In this document: piece by piece, positions 10,368-19,923 of the stretch
Numbering within the stretch: position 1 is the stretch's first letter
Layout of the letters: each line of letters begins with the position of its first letter
Source: a virus
Direction: 5' to 3' (one strand)
Length of the DNA: 64,000 nt
Virus record (IMG/VR): IMGVR_UViG_3300046740_000391
Location: 4,640-68,639 of that record
Notes under the pieces: generated by a model
What the model saw: only the letters and a program-made list of their open reading frames with translations
Databases searched by the model: none
Told to the model about the DNA's origin: nothing
Program-made: the position numbers and the translations under genes

Positions 10368-10747
10368 GCCTGCTGGGGCCGTTGGCAATGACGGCCATTC
10401 AGAGGATCGGCATCTCCGGGATGATCGACACGGTTCAGATCTTCCGGTTCGTCGAGGACATCGGACTCGACGACTCGGGTGAACCGTACGGCTCCACGGC
10501 CAGCTACCCGACCACACCCACGTCGACCGTCAAGGGATGGCTCGTGGGCACATGGGCCCGCGATCGAAGTCCGGACGTTGGTGACCTCAACGCCATCACC
10601 GTCTATCGACTCCGGGTCCCGGTTGGAACGGACATCGAGTCTGCCGACCAGGTGGTCATCAAGGGCAACACCTACCTGGTCATCGACGCGGGCACGGATC
10701 AGACCTGGCCCGAGTGGATCACCTGCATCGTTCGGCGGGCCAAGTGA
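10364..10747 (+). CDS. Head closure / stopper protein
   Basis: GTGA overlap with upstream gene; VPVGTDIESADQVVIKGNTYLV motif. Confidence 0.7.
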   Translation: MSLLGPLAMTAIQRIGISGMIDTVQIFRFVEDIGLDDSGEPYGSTASYPTTPTSTVKGWLVGTWARDRSPDVGDLNAITVYRLRVPVGTDIESADQVVIKGNTYLVIDAGTDQTWPEWITCIVRRAK

Positions 10748-11571
10748 AGTCGGTCAGGACGGTCAACGTCGGCATCATCTACGACCAGCTGATCAGGGCC
10801 CTCACGGCCGGTGTCAATGAGGTCGCCGAGGTAGCCGAGGAACAGGCGATCAAGGACGCTCCGATTCGCAAAGTCTTCCGGTATGGCCGCACACCGCGCA
10901 GTGGTCTGCGGATCCAGGGTCGCCAGGAAACCAGAACCCTGAGCGCGTCAGAGGGAAATGCCGAGGCCAGCATTCGACGCAAGCTGGGCCTTCCGAGCGC
11001 ATTCCCGACCAAGAGCGTGAACGGCATCGATACGGGCGAGCGCGTCCGTGGCAGTTCGCCTGATCTCAGGACAGCGTTGTTTCCTGGCAACTATCGCTCT
11101 CGCGATCGGGCAAACGACTATCGCTCGATGAGCCGCCGGACAGCGGGGTTCACACAGGGCGGGATGCACCTGGTCGACATTCACCAGACATACGTCAAGG
11201 CCGCTTCCGGGAAGCTGGAGCCCGTTTCCACGCCCGTTCCGAACGCGCGAAATGAGTCGGATCTCTCGGCTCGTGGCCTGTATGAACTCAAGCGTCGCAA
11301 GGGCGGCGCGGCCTTCAGTGGCAAGGGCGACGACAAGACCCTTGGTGGCGGTCTCCGCAAATCGATCACGCTGCTTCGCGCAGAACCGGGGGGCAGGCGT
11401 ATCAAGGCGATCATCAGCGCCGGTGACGAGGAAGTCGATTACGCGAAATACGTGGAGTTCGGGACCCGTCGTTCCCGTGCTCAGCCGTTTCTGAGGCCCG
11501 CTCTCGCGACTGCGAGGGAGAACCTCATGCCGACCCTGTTGCTTCACCTGAACAACCTCGGCCGGAGGTAG
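10744..11571 (+). CDS. HK97 gp10-like neck protein with a long basic insertion
   Basis: GGLRKSI...YAKYVEFGTRRSRAQPFLRPA. Confidence 0.8.
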   Translation: MKSVRTVNVGIIYDQLIRALTAGVNEVAEVAEEQAIKDAPIRKVFRYGRTPRSGLRIQGRQETRTLSASEGNAEASIRRKLGLPSAFPTKSVNGIDTGERVRGSSPDLRTALFPGNYRSRDRANDYRSMSRRTAGFTQGGMHLVDIHQTYVKAASGKLEPVSTPVPNARNESDLSARGLYELKRRKGGAAFSGKGDDKTLGGGLRKSITLLRAEPGGRRIKAIISAGDEEVDYAKYVEFGTRRSRAQPFLRPALATARENLMPTLLLHLNNLGRR

Positions 11572-11575
11572 CCGT

Positions 11576-12031
11576 ATGCCGACTGGGACATTCTCAGTTG
11601 GGGCATATGTCGTCGTCGGCATTACCTCAACAGCAGCGATCCGACGGTCGCTCGTTCAATACCTTCGACTCAGCGCAGCTCTGAAGGCAGCGCTGACAGG
11701 GGGCATCCATGAGGGGTTCGCCCCCACCCAAGCTAACTACCCGTTCCTGACCTATGACCTTATCTACTCGCCGATCCGTCGGCAGTGGGGAAGTCAGCAG
11801 TATCTGAGCGGGTTTGACATCCGGGTTTTCTCGGATGACAGCGTCGTTGCCAGTAACATCGACGCGCTCTTGCTCACCGTGTTGGACGACGCTCCACTGG
11901 TTGTAGCTGGGCAATCCACCCTGCTCTGCCAACGCATTGCTGACCTCGCAGGTCCAGATGTGGATGGCGAAGGGAGAAAGGTCTATGTGGTCGGTGGCAC
12001 TTATGAAGTGTGGACCGATCAGCCCGACTAA
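11576..12031 (+). CDS. Tail terminator (DUF3168-like)
   Basis: LKAALTGGIHEGFAP...YPFLTY; position before tail tube. Confidence 0.7.
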   Translation: MPTGTFSVGAYVVVGITSTAAIRRSLVQYLRLSAALKAALTGGIHEGFAPTQANYPFLTYDLIYSPIRRQWGSQQYLSGFDIRVFSDDSVVASNIDALLLTVLDDAPLVVAGQSTLLCQRIADLAGPDVDGEGRKVYVVGGTYEVWTDQPD

Positions 12032-12049
12032 TCCGGAGGGTCTTTCTAA

Positions 12050-12481
12050 ATGTCGAATGCAGGCACCAAGCTTCACGGCAAGAACGGTGCCATCTATCTC
12101 TACGCGAAGAAGGGCGGGGCGGGCACCCTCAAGGTTGCCGCGAAGGCCGAATGGACCCTGAACCTCGGTCGTGACTACGTCGATGCCACCACCTTCGGTG
12201 ACACCAACAAGACGTACCTCACGGGCCTCAAGGACATCCAGGGCACCTACGCCGGTCTGCTCGACGTGTCGGGCGACGAGCTGGTGAACACCGCCAGCTC
12301 GGATGCGATCGCGATCTACCTGTACGCGGACGACCGCACCTCGCAGGAGATCCTGATCGCCTACGGCACCGGGTTCATCGATGCGTCGATCAACGCGTCG
12401 AACACGGACGCAATCCGCACCACCGGAAACTTCCGAGCGGCTGCTTCGTGGACCGTCTTCTCGAACGGCTCGCTGCCGTGA
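12050..12481 (+). CDS. Major tail tube protein
   Basis: HGKNGAIY...EWTL...DYVDATTFGDTNKTYLTGLKD; strong RBS and codon bias; position. Confidence 0.85.
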   Translation: MSNAGTKLHGKNGAIYLYAKKGGAGTLKVAAKAEWTLNLGRDYVDATTFGDTNKTYLTGLKDIQGTYAGLLDVSGDELVNTASSDAIAIYLYADDRTSQEILIAYGTGFIDASINASNTDAIRTTGNFRAAASWTVFSNGSLP

Positions 12482-12485
12482 TCTA

Positions 12486-12552
12486 GGAGCCCAGGATCGA
12501 GTGCTCCTGGGGTTCATTGGGATGGCGCACTGATCCCTCCTTGCGCCATCCC
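12486..12552 (+). terminator. Two tandem hairpins after the tail tube gene (terminator or stability element)
   Basis: GAGCCCAGGA / TCCTGGGGTTC and GGGATGGCGCA / TGCGCCATCCC stems; no U-tract. Confidence 0.55.
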
Positions 12553-12584
12553 ACCTACCTCGCCTCCGTCTCGGAGAAGGTTTT

Positions 12585-12920
12585 GTGGGCATCTTTCAAC
12601 GCTGGGAAGGGCGCTACGGCGACGTAGACGCACCTTCAATTGGGCTGAAGATTGGGCTGATCGAGTATTGGTCCCTGTCGCGGCGCGAAGACACCCCCTC
12701 GGGAGTCGAGGAATGGGATCTTCGCGCCGTCTTTTCTTACGTGAACCAGTTCGCATTCGAGCGCCCTGGGATCAACCGTGTCGTGACCATCTGGTTGGGA
12801 AACCCCCGCCACGGTGGCAAACAGTTCAGGCTCGAAGAAACCGGCGGGAGAACGGACCTCGACGGTAGGAGCCTTCTGATAGAAAGAGTGAAATTGTGCC
12901 TGCCCGAAAAACCGCGCTGA
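12585..12920 (+). CDS. Hypothetical tail-region protein
   Basis: ORF with GGAGAAGG RBS between tail tube and chaperone. Confidence 0.6.
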   Translation: MGIFQRWEGRYGDVDAPSIGLKIGLIEYWSLSRREDTPSGVEEWDLRAVFSYVNQFAFERPGINRVVTIWLGNPRHGGKQFRLEETGGRTDLDGRSLLIERVKLCLPEKPR

Positions 12921-13258
12921 ACGAAGAGTTCTACGAGGAAACCGTCACGCTTCGCGGCACCACCTACCGCTTCAGGGAGCTGACCGGTGCCCAGTACGAG
13001 GACTTCGTCAAGATCTGCGAGGGCCCGGATGGGACCTCAGACCTGGGTGCCGTGCTGAAGCTGATGATCCCAGCGTCGATGCTGGAGCCCAAGCTGACGG
13101 CGGACCAGATCATGGCCAAGCCACTGCCCATCTACAACGCCCTCGCCGGGGTCGTGAACCGGATGCACTTTCGCACCGAGCCGGTCGAAGGGGAGCCGGA
13201 GGCTACTGAGGGCGGTGAGACGAAACCGGGAAACGACTCCGAGCCGCAGACCTCCTAG
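12896..13258 (+). CDS. Tail assembly chaperone (gpG-like)
   Basis: VTLRGTTYRFRELT; position before tape measure; slippery site near its end. Confidence 0.8.
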   Translation: MPARKTALNEEFYEETVTLRGTTYRFRELTGAQYEDFVKICEGPDGTSDLGAVLKLMIPASMLEPKLTADQIMAKPLPIYNALAGVVNRMHFRTEPVEGEPEATEGGETKPGNDSEPQTS

Positions 13259-13488
13259 CTCTTGAGATCTGTCGGCTCCTCCCGGCGTTCAAACCCCACG
13301 AACTGACCGCGCTGCCCAAGCATTATTGGAACGCGCTGGTTGACTACTACTACTTCGTCAACACCCCCCGTGAGAGTGAAGACGACTCCGATGGCGCCGT
13401 CATCGACTTCGACAAGATGTCGGTCGGTCGACGGGCAACCATGAAGGAGAAATGGGGTCAGGAAGCTTTCAAGGGCGACCCGACCTGA
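13228..13488 (+). CDS. -1 frameshift extension of the tail chaperone (gpGT-like)
   Basis: In-frame G GGA AAC at 13228-13234; the -1 frame is open (RLRAADLLALEICRLL...KGDPT) to TGA 13486-13488. Confidence 0.82.
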   Translation, partial: GKRLRAADLLALEICRLLPAFKPHELTALPKHYWNALVDYYYFVNTPRESEDDSDGAVIDFDKMSVGRRATMKEKWGQEAFKGDPT

Positions 13489-13497
13489 GGACACCCG

Positions 13498-16400
13498 ATG
13501 GCGCAGGAAATCGGCGCAATCGAGATCGGCGTTGGCGTCAATGTCAGCAAGCTCACAGCTGAGCTGCAGGCTGTTCAGAAGTCCGTCGACAACGCCAAGT
13601 TCAAAGAACGTGAGATCACCGTCCGCGTCAAGTTGCAGTCGCCAACTGACGCCGCTATTAAGCGTGTCCAGGAACGGGTTGTCGCGGCTCTGAACAAGGC
13701 GGGCAAGGGGGGTGAGGTCACGCTCACCCCCACGCTCGTCGTGTCCGACATCACGGCCGACAAGTTCATCTCGAACCTCCAGCACAAGATCGGCGAGAAG
13801 GAAGTCGCCGTTCCGATCGTTGCCGAGATCAACGAGACCGCGATCCGGACCCAGATCCGAGAAGCCATCGGAACGGTCGACATCGGGCTCACCTGGCACT
13901 GGGAGGGCGACGCGCCCCCAGGTGGTGCTGGTCCCGGTGGGCATGGCAGTGGGCCTGGTCCCACCGGTGGCAACAAGGGTGGCGGTGGTGGTGGTGGGAC
14001 CGGTGGCGGCAGCGCTCCCCACACGGGCGGAGGCGGCGCTGGTGCGGGTTCCAAGGCTGGTGCCAAGAGCGCATTCGCGGCATCGACCAGGATCTGGACC
14101 GAGGCCGAGAAGAAGGCGTGGCGCGAGGAATATTCCTGGGACGACTACCAGTCAGCCGAGGCTGCAGGCCTCACGCCTCCGTACACGATCGATGAGTTCA
14201 AGGACATCGTCGCCAAGCGCGGCTCAAAGATCCACCAGGCCGCGAGCCAGGGCAGCTCCGCGCCGCCGCCCGTTAGGCAGACGGCGCCGCGTGGTGCGAA
14301 GGGCAGGTTCGTCAAGGCGCCGCCTGTTCAGCAGGCGCCAGCAACCGGCGCTCCGGCTGAGGCCACCGCCGCCGGATCATTCGCAGGATCTGCCAAGGTT
14401 GAGACAGCGGCCACCGGCGGTGTGTTCGGCGCGGCGCGGAAGCTGCCGCTGGCGGACTCGCAGCGGCCCACACACGCTCCGGTCACTCGGCCGACCTCGG
14501 ACCCCACGATCGAGCGTGCGGCCTATCGGCTGTTGAACAGCGTGCCCGGCGGTCTGGAGGACCTGCTCAAGCTGGGCGGCGTCATCAAGAGCGGCGGCCT
14601 CAGCTTCAAGAAGCGGTCGGTCCTGGGCAAGGCGCCCCAGGAGCAGCAGGACCAGATCGTCAAGCTGTTCCAGCAGTATCAGGCGCGAGAGGGAACGGCT
14701 GAGGACACCCCTGATATCGGGCCTCGCCGCACTTCTACGGAGCCTCCGCGCAAGCTCGCGGATACGCCGCTGGGGATCTCCAAGGAAGAGCACGACCTCA
14801 ACAACTTCCTCAAGGCGTTGATGTCGCACAACGTCGCCAGTCGGAAGTCCCAGCGCTATCGCGAGTCCGGATCGGTCAAGGCCTTCAAGGCTGAGGTCGC
14901 CCGCCTGGGCGGCGGCGATTCGGGCTTCCTGGAGAAGGTGCTGGGCCCGGCCACCGGGCTGAAGCCGAACATCGGGACAAACCCGCACGGCATCCCCACG
15001 TTGCTGCCGTCTGGGTATCACCAGGAACACGCAGGCGACCCGGCTTACGGGTTGTATCCGTCGCTGCGCGATGCCATGACCTATATGGAGGACGGGCAAA
15101 CCGACGTCGCCCGTACCATCGCGCGCCACCACCTGGCCTCAGCCGCTACGACCGATCCGAAGCTCTTTGCCCGGCTGCTGTCGATCAAGAGGATGCGCGA
15201 GACGGACGTCAAGACCGGCGAAGACATCGCGCCGGATCCTCAAAGCGAGGCGTACGCCTCCGCGATGCAGGCGATCTTCGGCGAAGCCAACATCGCCGAG
15301 GCGCCTCGGCGCGAGCAGCGGGAAAAGATCGAGCGCACGGAGGCCGTCCAGCAGCGCAGCACGCGGCTGGAACCTATCGAACATGCGGCCCGCGAGGCCG
15401 AGATCAAGGCCAAGGAGAGGAGCGGCGGTCGGACTGGGTCCTCGCGCGGCGATCTCACTGAGGATCTGGACAAGGAAGGCCAGCGGAGGCTCCGCGCCGA
15501 GGAGAAGCGGCTCACACACAGAGTTTCACGGCGCGAACATCTGCAGGGCCTGGTCGGGAGGATCGCCAAGAAGCAGGCGCACCCGTTCGGCGAGATCAGC
15601 ATCATCCCCGCCCAGCGAGACAAGTTCGGGCAACTGCCCCCGTTTTCCAAGCGTGCCGAGGGGGGACCTCTTCCCTGGGATAAGCACCGACAGATCGAAC
15701 AACAGATCATCGACTTCGAGAAGTACCGAAAATACAACGACAGTAAGTACGGAAAAGGATTTACCGATGAGGCAATCCAGAAGCGTCGGGCCCAGCAGGA
15801 GCTGCTGAAGAGGGGACGCGCCGAAGGCGGCGAGCTGCGCCACACCGGCCTCCTGGGTCGGGCGGGCAACTCCGTCACCATGGTCGGTGAGCGTGGGCCG
15901 GAGCTGCTGGTGCAGGGACAGAACGGCGATGGTGAGGTCGTCCCGACCCACAAGATGAGTTCGTTCTGGAACCGAATGAAGCACGCCGCGGGCGGCATTG
16001 CCTTCCACGGCCCGGGTGGCCGCTATCAGGCTCAGGGCAGTGCTGCTGGGGCAGCTGTTCAGGCTGGGCTCGCGTCATCTCTGGCTGGGGCGATCCAGCG
16101 CGTCTTCGTGGTCAACTGGCCGCATGGCGGCGGCTTCGGGGCAGGCCAGGGGGCAGCCCAGGGGGCACCCGCGAGCGCAACAGCGGGCCAGGCGTTCACC
16201 GCCGCCCAGGCGGCTTCGCTGGGCCAATCGGCGCGCGCTGGTCTCAATCAGGCCGCAGCTTCGAAGAAGACCAAGCCCGAGGCGGATGTTCCGCTGACCC
16301 CGCTTCAGGCTGCGCAGCAGGCCGCCCGAACCCAGGATCTGGTCACAGCCGAACGCCTGAAGCAGAAGGGTCTCGCGGCTCAGATCCAGGCGTCCATCAA

Positions 16401-19101
16401 GGAAGCTCCGACCCGCGGTACGCCAACCAGCGTCGGCGAGATCTCGGCCGTCAGTCTCGGTGGCCTGCGAAACGTGATCGGTCGTCGGCGGCTCGCCGAT
16501 GAGGCGACCCAGCGCTCGTCAGCAGCCCTGAACTTGTACTCCAAGGCCCAGGAGAAGCTGGGCATCCTGGTCGAGAAGAGCACCAAGGCTCAGGATCCCA
16601 AGAAGATCGCCGAGTTCACCCAGCGGATCACCGAGCAGCACGAGGCTGTCGACTTTCTGGAAAAGCGGTACGAGAAGCTCTCGGGTGAGGCAGCCGAACT
16701 CGGTAAGAATGTCATCAGCGGTGCCGACAAGCTGAAGATCTTCGGTGCGAACACACTCGGTGTGATCACCGGTACGGTCCTATATTCCGCCGCCCTGGGG
16801 GCTGCTCAGGCTGGTATCACCGCCATGGGCGCAGCTCTCGGCCCCGTTGTCGAGCGGCTGGGTGGGTTCCAGAACGTTTCGGCCAAGATCACCGACAGCC
16901 TGGCTGATCAGACCCGGGCATCGGGGGGCAATACCAAGGCCACGATCGCGGCAGCCGAAGCTCAGACCGGTCTCTCTGCGGCCACGGCTGCTCAGATCTC
17001 TCCGGCATTGGAGCTGCGAGCCTCGACTGAGGCGGGTAACAAAGCACTCGCCGAGCAGATCGATCTGATCCATACGGCTCAGGCTGTTCAGAGCCAGAAC
17101 AAGGGGTTGCCTGGCGGTACGGACAAGGGTCTCTTTGCCACCACTGGTGGTCAATTCGGGACCGATTTTGGTGGTGTGGCGTCCACCTCCGAGCTGATCA
17201 CCAACGAATTGAACACGCTGCCCAATGCGGCGGAGCGAGCAGCTCCGCCTCCGGAACGGGCCGCCGGATCCGTCACTCTCGGAGGCAAGAGCGGAGTCAC
17301 GATTCCGAACGCCGGGGCTGTTGGCCATAACCCGGCGCTCGACGACTTCAACAAGGCCCTGAATAACGGAACCGATCTTCTCGAAGCCTTCAATGCGGAC
17401 GCGCAGAAGGGCGGCGAGTCCGTTCTGAAGCTGTCCGAGGTCTCTCAGGACCAGGCGAATGCGTCGGCGGCTATCGCTGCGCAGTCACCGGCGCTTCAGG
17501 GATTCGCCAAGACGCTGCGTGAGCGTTCGCTCGCTGTCACGGGTGCGGCGAAGCCAGAGGATTTCGCTCGGTTCCTGCAGTCGGTCAACCTGGGTTCCCA
17601 GACCCCCTCCGCGCAACTTCTCATCAATCAGGCGAGTTCACGGCAAATCCCGAATGCCGTTGCCGGGATCAACGCTGAAGAGCAGCAGATCACCCTTCCG
17701 ACTCAGAGCGCACAGCGGGCGCTGGACTTCCTGTCCAACCGTCCGCTGCCGTTCGGTGCTGGCATCGTGCCGGTGGGCAAGGGCGTCGAGGGTGAGCCTG
17801 CGATCGGGCCCGGTGGACCGAGTTCGATCGGCAAGTTCAAGGGTGTCGATCCGGCTGCTGCCCAGTCGTTCAACCAGTACAAGGACGTCGCCACCAGCGC
17901 CCTGAACGCGGTTATCGCGAAGGCCAAGGAGGGCGAGCAGGCACTTACCGAACTCGGCGTTCCTCCCGAGCTTGTAACCGAGATGACCAAACTCGGGAAG
18001 GAGGCCGCCGGGATCCAGCTGGGGGTGGCTGATCGCCAGGCCAAGCTGGAGGCGTCAGAGTACAGCCACGAGCTGTTCATCCTCAATCGGAACCTGGCCG
18101 ATGCTGAGGCCCTGACCGGCAAGCGTGTCGGTCGGGAGGGCGAGCTGGGTCGCCTGCAGCGCGAGAACTTCGACCTGGGCAAGAAGCAGCAGGCGCTGCA
18201 GTTCGAGTCCCAGGCGCTGTCGCTCGCGTTGAGCCAGAAGCAGATCAACTTCCAGCGGGCGCTGGCTGGCTTCCAGGCGCCGGGCGAGACCGGCCAGGAG
18301 CGAGCCGCGAGGATTGCGGAAGCCAAGGTCGAGGCTGACTACGCCCAGAAGCAGCTGAACATCCAGAAGCAGCTGTTCGCGTTGGGCAAGACCGGCTTCA
18401 AGGTCAGCGTGCGCCTGTTCGACGTCGAGGCTCAACGCCAGGTTCAGGATCTGAAGTTTGCGCTCGCGGACCTGGGCGCTCAGCACAAGCTCTCGCTCGA
18501 CATGAAGTCAGCCGACCAGGCGTTGGCGGCCATCCGCGCTCGCGAGGGCCAGGTGGCCACCGGCATCAGCAACGCGATCGACAAGTCGAACAAGTTCGCC
18601 TCGGCCCGGATCGCCCAGGCGGTCGACATCGCCAATCAGACCGGTGAGGCGTTCAGCACGATCCTGACGCAGACCGGCGTGACCTGGACCAAGTTCATCA
18701 AGCAGGGCACCACCGCGGCCAATGCCGTCATCAATGCCCTCACACCGCGTCCACAGGGTGAGCACAGCGCAGGCACAACGCAGTCCGGCAGCCAAAGCAG
18801 CGGTATCACCCACAACGGTGCGAACGCGCCGGGCTACTTCGGCACTGTCAGCTCCGCCACGTCGATGATCGTTGGCGAGGCTGGTACCGAGACCATCGCG
18901 GTTCTGCGCAACCCGCGCATCCACTCCCTCCAGAGCCCGACCGGCGGGGGTGGCGGGGGTGGCGCCACGATCGTGATCGACGTCCACGACAACAACATCT
19001 CGGGCGACAAGGACGAGGAGCGCATCGTCGCTCGCATCAGTCGGGCCGTGGAGCAGTCCATGAACCGCAAGGGCGCACTGCTCAGTCTGCGGACGGTATA
19101 G
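13498..19101 (+). CDS. Tape measure protein (atypical, 1867 aa)
   Basis: Follows the chaperone; Ala/Gly/Gln-rich helical sequence; VGERGPE and VGEAGTE motifs. Confidence 0.85.
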   Translation: MAQEIGAIEIGVGVNVSKLTAELQAVQKSVDNAKFKEREITVRVKLQSPTDAAIKRVQERVVAALNKAGKGGEVTLTPTLVVSDITADKFISNLQHKIGEKEVAVPIVAEINETAIRTQIREAIGTVDIGLTWHWEGDAPPGGAGPGGHGSGPGPTGGNKGGGGGGGTGGGSAPHTGGGGAGAGSKAGAKSAFAASTRIWTEAEKKAWREEYSWDDYQSAEAAGLTPPYTIDEFKDIVAKRGSKIHQAASQGSSAPPPVRQTAPRGAKGRFVKAPPVQQAPATGAPAEATAAGSFAGSAKVETAATGGVFGAARKLPLADSQRPTHAPVTRPTSDPTIERAAYRLLNSVPGGLEDLLKLGGVIKSGGLSFKKRSVLGKAPQEQQDQIVKLFQQYQAREGTAEDTPDIGPRRTSTEPPRKLADTPLGISKEEHDLNNFLKALMSHNVASRKSQRYRESGSVKAFKAEVARLGGGDSGFLEKVLGPATGLKPNIGTNPHGIPTLLPSGYHQEHAGDPAYGLYPSLRDAMTYMEDGQTDVARTIARHHLASAATTDPKLFARLLSIKRMRETDVKTGEDIAPDPQSEAYASAMQAIFGEANIAEAPRREQREKIERTEAVQQRSTRLEPIEHAAREAEIKAKERSGGRTGSSRGDLTEDLDKEGQRRLRAEEKRLTHRVSRREHLQGLVGRIAKKQAHPFGEISIIPAQRDKFGQLPPFSKRAEGGPLPWDKHRQIEQQIIDFEKYRKYNDSKYGKGFTDEAIQKRRAQQELLKRGRAEGGELRHTGLLGRAGNSVTMVGERGPELLVQGQNGDGEVVPTHKMSSFWNRMKHAAGGIAFHGPGGRYQAQGSAAGAAVQAGLASSLAGAIQRVFVVNWPHGGGFGAGQGAAQGAPASATAGQAFTAAQAASLGQSARAGLNQAAASKKTKPEADVPLTPLQAAQQAARTQDLVTAERLKQKGLAAQIQASIKEAPTRGTPTSVGEISAVSLGGLRNVIGRRRLADEATQRSSAALNLYSKAQEKLGILVEKSTKAQDPKKIAEFTQRITEQHEAVDFLEKRYEKLSGEAAELGKNVISGADKLKIFGANTLGVITGTVLYSAALGAAQAGITAMGAALGPVVERLGGFQNVSAKITDSLADQTRASGGNTKATIAAAEAQTGLSAATAAQISPALELRASTEAGNKALAEQIDLIHTAQAVQSQNKGLPGGTDKGLFATTGGQFGTDFGGVASTSELITNELNTLPNAAERAAPPPERAAGSVTLGGKSGVTIPNAGAVGHNPALDDFNKALNNGTDLLEAFNADAQKGGESVLKLSEVSQDQANASAAIAAQSPALQGFAKTLRERSLAVTGAAKPEDFARFLQSVNLGSQTPSAQLLINQASSRQIPNAVAGINAEEQQITLPTQSAQRALDFLSNRPLPFGAGIVPVGKGVEGEPAIGPGGPSSIGKFKGVDPAAAQSFNQYKDVATSALNAVIAKAKEGEQALTELGVPPELVTEMTKLGKEAAGIQLGVADRQAKLEASEYSHELFILNRNLADAEALTGKRVGREGELGRLQRENFDLGKKQQALQFESQALSLALSQKQINFQRALAGFQAPGETGQERAARIAEAKVEADYAQKQLNIQKQLFALGKTGFKVSVRLFDVEAQRQVQDLKFALADLGAQHKLSLDMKSADQALAAIRAREGQVATGISNAIDKSNKFASARIAQAVDIANQTGEAFSTILTQTGVTWTKFIKQGTTAANAVINALTPRPQGEHSAGTTQSGSQSSGITHNGANAPGYFGTVSSATSMIVGEAGTETIAVLRNPRIHSLQSPTGGGGGGGATIVIDVHDNNISGDKDEERIVARISRAVEQSMNRKGALLSLRTV

Positions 19102-19109
19102 GAGAGAAC

Positions 19110-19910
19110 ATGGCCTCGGTGACCCATGCGTTCACCAATCCGAAGAGCGACGGCGGGGACGCCACGATCGTGCGCCCCTCCGATTGGAATGCGGCCCACG
19201 TTGTCACCGGGCTGGGCAACTTCACTTCGACCATGTCTCGGTTCGAGGACGAGTGCTTCTTCGGCGCGACCGCCGATAAGCACGCAGGTCAGGTCACCCA
19301 GAACGCCTCGGGTACGAGTGCGGTTACGAGTTCCGGTGGCGGGACTTCGGTCGGCAACCATCCGGGCGTCATTCAGTTGAGTAGTGGGACCACGACCACT
19401 GGGCGCTGCGCCCTGTTCGGCGGTGAGTTCTACATCGCTGGCGGCGTGGTCACCTTTGAGACGGTCGTCGCGCTTCAGCAACTCTCCGACGGAACGAACA
19501 CGTTCACTGCTCGCGCCGGTCTCATGGACACAGCGAACGGTGATGCGGGCGATGGCGTGTACGTTCGGTATACCCACTCCGTCAACAGCGGCAAGTGGCA
19601 GGGTGTCACTCGGGCCTCATCCGTGGAGACGGCGATCGATCTTGGAGCGACGGCGACGTCCATCTCTGGATCGAGTTACTCCGCCGCCTTCATCCGCCTC
19701 GGCTTCGTGATCAACGCGGCGGCGACCTCGGTTCAGTTCTACGTCAACGGCAGCACTGCCGGGTCTCCGGTGACGACGCACATCCCGAGCAGCGCGCCGT
19801 TCCTCTCGATCAACGCGGCGGGTATTGGGAGTAGCGCGGGGACCTCGCCGCTTCGCAACATGCTGCTGGACTACTACTCGCTTCAGTTCGACTTCACGTC
19901 GTCCCGCTAG
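19110..19910 (+). CDS. Minor virion protein (beta-sandwich / lectin-like)
   Basis: N-terminal VRPSDWNAAH motif; Ser/Thr/Gly-rich; VQFYVNG. Confidence 0.6.
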   Translation: MASVTHAFTNPKSDGGDATIVRPSDWNAAHVVTGLGNFTSTMSRFEDECFFGATADKHAGQVTQNASGTSAVTSSGGGTSVGNHPGVIQLSSGTTTTGRCALFGGEFYIAGGVVTFETVVALQQLSDGTNTFTARAGLMDTANGDAGDGVYVRYTHSVNSGKWQGVTRASSVETAIDLGATATSISGSSYSAAFIRLGFVINAAATSVQFYVNGSTAGSPVTTHIPSSAPFLSINAAGIGSSAGTSPLRNMLLDYYSLQFDFTSSR

Positions 19911-19923
19911 GGGCTGATCGGCC

